Notes under the pieces: generated by a model
Told to the model about the DNA's origin: nothing
Database searches by the model: none
What the model saw: the letters and a program-made list of their open reading frames with translations, nothing else
Source of the DNA: Candidatus Eiseniibacteriota bacterium
GTDB taxonomy: Bacteria > Eisenbacteria > RBG-16-71-46 > JABDJR01
Length of the DNA: 64,000 bases
NCBI GenBank assembly: GCA_963783375.1
Contig: CAWANH010000028.1
Location: 448,001-512,000 of the forward strand
Direction: 5' to 3'
Made by a program: the position numbers and the translations under genes
Part shown: positions 61,554 to 64,000 of the stretch, one piece after another
Numbering within the stretch: the first letter of the stretch is position 1
How the letters are laid out: each line of letters opens with the position of its first letter

Positions 61554-61568
61554 CATGCGATTCGCATG
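61554..61568. promoter_or_regulatory. Candidate bEBP enhancer site
   Basis: CATGCGA-T-TCGCATG perfect dyad, with a related CATGCGAAATGC near 61593, about 200 bp upstream of a sigma54 promoter. Confidence 0.5.
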
Positions 61569-61768
61569 CCGGGCTCCAATTTGCGAGCATCACATGCGAA
61601 ATGCCCGGAGGTAAGGGATGGAGCCGCTCCCGAATCGGGGGGAAAACCCCCGGCATGGGCTTTCCCGCCCAGGGAAGGCGCGCGGCTATTCCTTGGTAGG
61701 GTGGGTGTTAGGGCCGAGGGAAAGGCCCCGGAGCGCGATCGATCCGGTCCACGACCCGGCTTCCCGGG

Positions 61769-61785
61769 CTGGCACGCCGGTTGCT
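61769..61785 (+). promoter_or_regulatory. sigma54 promoter
   Basis: CTGGCACGCCGGTTGCT matches the consensus TGGCACG-N4-TTGC exactly. Confidence 0.85.
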
Positions 61786-61833
61786 TCTAATCGGGTTGGC
61801 GGGACGCGTCTTCGGTGCGTCCCCTGAAACGAG

Positions 61834-62712
61834 GTGAGCAACGTGGATGAATCGAGATTCCTCTTCACCGACCTGACCGACGAGGCGCGGAGCGTGAAGC
61901 CGTCCTACTACTTCATGATGCGCTCCCTTCTCCACTCGCGGGTGGACATCGGGGACACCTCCGAGCCGGGGAACGAGGAAGAGGACGTCAACGTCTACCT
62001 CGCCCACCTCCTCCAGTCCTTCGGCGATCCCGGGTACCTCGAGGGGGCCAAGCCCTATCTCCATCGCTACGATCACGAGGTCTTCGGGCGCCTGTCCCGG
62101 TCCACCGACGCCCGTCTCAAGTACCGGATCTACAAGACCAACGCCGACTTTCTCCTGATCTCGATCGGGATCTTCGACAATCCGTCCCAGACCCTGCTCA
62201 ACCGGCTCCCCGGCTCCGGGGCGGCCGGACGGCGGGAGTTGGAGCCCACCGAAGAGGCGATCATGGGGCGGGGCCGCACCTACTACCAGTTCGCCTACAA
62301 CTACAGCCAGCTCGTCTATCGCCGGAAGCCGGCCATCTCCGAGGTGCTGGAGAAGCTCTCCTCGGGCTTCGACCGCTACACCCGGATTCTCGCCCACCTG
62401 AGGGGGGAATACATGGACATCATCCACGAACTGAGCCGCGGTGAGATCTATCATCTCGAACGGACGGTCAACAGCGAGCAGAAGCGCCAGCTCCTCCAGG
62501 ACCGCCAGGACGCCTTCCTCGACGCGTACGCGGAGTGGAAGCGGGACCCCGGCGACATGCGCCGGGACGCCCTCGACGACGCCGTCACCCGTCTCCGGGA
62601 GCTGGATCCGGATTTCGCGTTCGATCCGGACGAGGGCTCGGAGCCCGGCCGGCCGCACCGCGCGAAGCCCGCTGCGCGCCGCGGGGAATCGGAGGACCGG
62701 AATTCGAACTGA
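61834..62712 (+). CDS. Hypothetical Tyr-rich helical protein under a sigma54 promoter
   Basis: 292-aa ORF with strong coding bias; motifs YLAHLL..F, ADFLL...GIF, GR.YY..A, LS..F. Confidence 0.85.
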   Translation: MSNVDESRFLFTDLTDEARSVKPSYYFMMRSLLHSRVDIGDTSEPGNEEEDVNVYLAHLLQSFGDPGYLEGAKPYLHRYDHEVFGRLSRSTDARLKYRIYKTNADFLLISIGIFDNPSQTLLNRLPGSGAAGRRELEPTEEAIMGRGRTYYQFAYNYSQLVYRRKPAISEVLEKLSSGFDRYTRILAHLRGEYMDIIHELSRGEIYHLERTVNSEQKRQLLQDRQDAFLDAYAEWKRDPGDMRRDALDDAVTRLRELDPDFAFDPDEGSEPGRPHRAKPAARRGESEDRNSN

Positions 62713-62818
62713 CCGGGTTGGAATCCGCTTACCCCCGCCACGGTGGGGGCAGCGGGTTCGCGCCTCCTCCCAAACGACACGTAGCCCGCACCATATGCGG
62801 GAGGAGGTGTTTCGTAGC

Positions 62819-62855
62819 GAGGCCGGCGCCCTTCGGGGACGCCGGCCTCTTCGTT
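62819..62855 (+). terminator. Intrinsic terminator candidate
   Basis: GAGGCCGGCG-CCC-TTCG-GGG-A-CGCCGGCCTC followed by a weak T tract. Confidence 0.6.
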
Positions 62856-62907
62856 CATCCGGTCCGTTCCGTCGAACCGCCCCGGCTCTCCGGGACGGGC
62901 GTCGGGA

Positions 62908-64000
62908 TCAGGGTTGCTTCCAGACCACCCGGATCCGGTGGTTTCCCTGGTCGGCGATGTAGAGGTTCTCGTCCTTGTCGAACGCGATACCCGCGGGGCG
63001 GTCCAGGAGCGCCTCGGTGGGAAGACCGCCGTCCCCGGCGAACCCGTGCACCTGCCCCTGCCCGGCGACGGTGGTGATGATCCCGTTGGTGTCGATCTTC
63101 CGGATGCAGTGGTTGAACATGTCCACCACGTAGACGTTCCCTTCCTTGTCCACGTCCACGTCGGCGGGATTGTTCAGCTCGGCCTCCAGGGCGGGACCGC
63201 CGTCTCCGGCGTAGCCCTGCACCCCGGTGCCGGCGATGGTGTGGATGATCCCCTGGGCGTCGATCATCCGCAGGCGATGGTTGCCGGAATCCGGAACATA
63301 GATGTTGTCGTGGGAGTCGATCACGATCTTCCCGGTCGGCCAGGCCGCCTGGCCCACCGGGAAGTGGAACTCCGCGTCGGCGGCCGGGCCCTCGTCCCCC
63401 CCGAAGCCAGGGGTCCCGTTTCCGGCGAAGGTGTGGATCATCCCGTTCTGGTCCACCATGCGGATCCGCTGGTTGGCCTGGTCGGCGATGTACATCCGGC
63501 CCTGGGAGTCGAACGCGGTGGCCGCGGGAAGATCCAGGACGGCATCCGCCGCCGGCCCCCCGTCCCCGCCGAAGGCGCGGTCCCCGGTGCCGCAGATGGG
63601 TTCGATCCATCCGGTGGTGAGGTCCATCTGCATCACCTTCGAGTTGTGCCAGGCGGAGAGGATGAGGTGGCCCAGGGGATCGAAGGAGACGTGGGTGGGG
63701 TGGTTCAGCTCCACGCTGATCGCGGGTCCGGGCTCGGCGTCGCCGAGCTGGCCGTCGCCGATGATGGTTTCGACGGTGCCGTCCCGCTTCAGGCGGCGGA
63801 CCCGGTGGTTGTTCCAGTCCAGGATGTAGGCGAGCCCGTCCGGTCCCCAGGTCAGGTCCTGGGGGAAGTAGAGAAAGGTCTCGAGGGGGGGCTTTCCGTC
63901 CTCGCCGAGGCCGGCGGTGCCGGTCCCCATCCAGGTCTGGATGACCGAGTACTCCGGCTTGGGTTGGGGTTTGGTGGTCGAGCTTCCGCCGCAGCCCATT
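62908..64000 (-). CDS. NHL-repeat beta-propeller lipoprotein, 5'-partial
   Basis: Repeated I.T.AG.G..G..GDGGPA..A.L..P...YIAD..N.RIR. MGC lipobox at the window edge. Confidence 0.9.
   Translation of the reverse strand, partial: MGCGGSSTTKPQPKPEYSVIQTWMGTGTAGLGEDGKPPLETFLYFPQDLTWGPDGLAYILDWNNHRVRRLKRDGTVETIIGDGQLGDAEPGPAISVELNHPTHVSFDPLGHLILSAWHNSKVMQMDLTTGWIEPICGTGDRAFGGDGGPAADAVLDLPAATAFDSQGRMYIADQANQRIRMVDQNGMIHTFAGNGTPGFGGDEGPAADAEFHFPVGQAAWPTGKIVIDSHDNIYVPDSGNHRLRMIDAQGIIHTIAGTGVQGYAGDGGPALEAELNNPADVDVDKEGNVYVVDMFNHCIRKIDTNGIITTVAGQGQVHGFAGDGGLPTEALLDRPAGIAFDKDENLYIADQGNHRIRVVWKQP

Overview
A 64-kb, very GC-rich bacterial chromosome segment. The C-terminal VExx[ST]WGx[VL]K tails, an FlgD-Ig/T9SS-like tail and a long AtpB N-terminus suggest an FCB-adjacent candidate phylum such as Ca. 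Eisenbacteria, Krumholzibacteriota or Latescibacterota; this is inference. Housekeeping content: cysK-cysE, dinB-DUF72, pabB-pabC, mrfAB-like helicase/exonuclease, fadD-fadL-lipase, tsaD and a complete F1Fo atp operon. Accessory content: a DUF433/DUF5615 toxin-antitoxin pair; a decayed Pho cluster (phoB stub, phoR, porin pseudogene, phoU) with an arsR-arsP-arsEFG-like cassette in its middle; padR-arsM; a 1335-aa secreted protein of five 10-Cys repeats; c-di-GMP/receiver genes; and an Rrf2-led octaheme tetrathionate reductase/YeeE island with a CbcL-like cytochrome. The least explained signals are: (1) an ORF-free unit at about 24.57-25.24 kb with an enhancer pair, a sigma54 promoter, a hairpin-rich RNA, a terminator and a three-way-junction element; (2) a short C-terminal motif shared by two unrelated secreted proteins, a candidate sorting signal; (3) the Cys-repeat scaffold protein with variable loops; (4) a 179-nt rod-like hairpin in the helicase leader. 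A few single-base frameshifts (cysK, atpH, probably cysE) look like sequencing errors. No tRNA, rRNA, CRISPR array, transposase or integrase was recognised. All calls come from reading motifs by eye; no searches were run.
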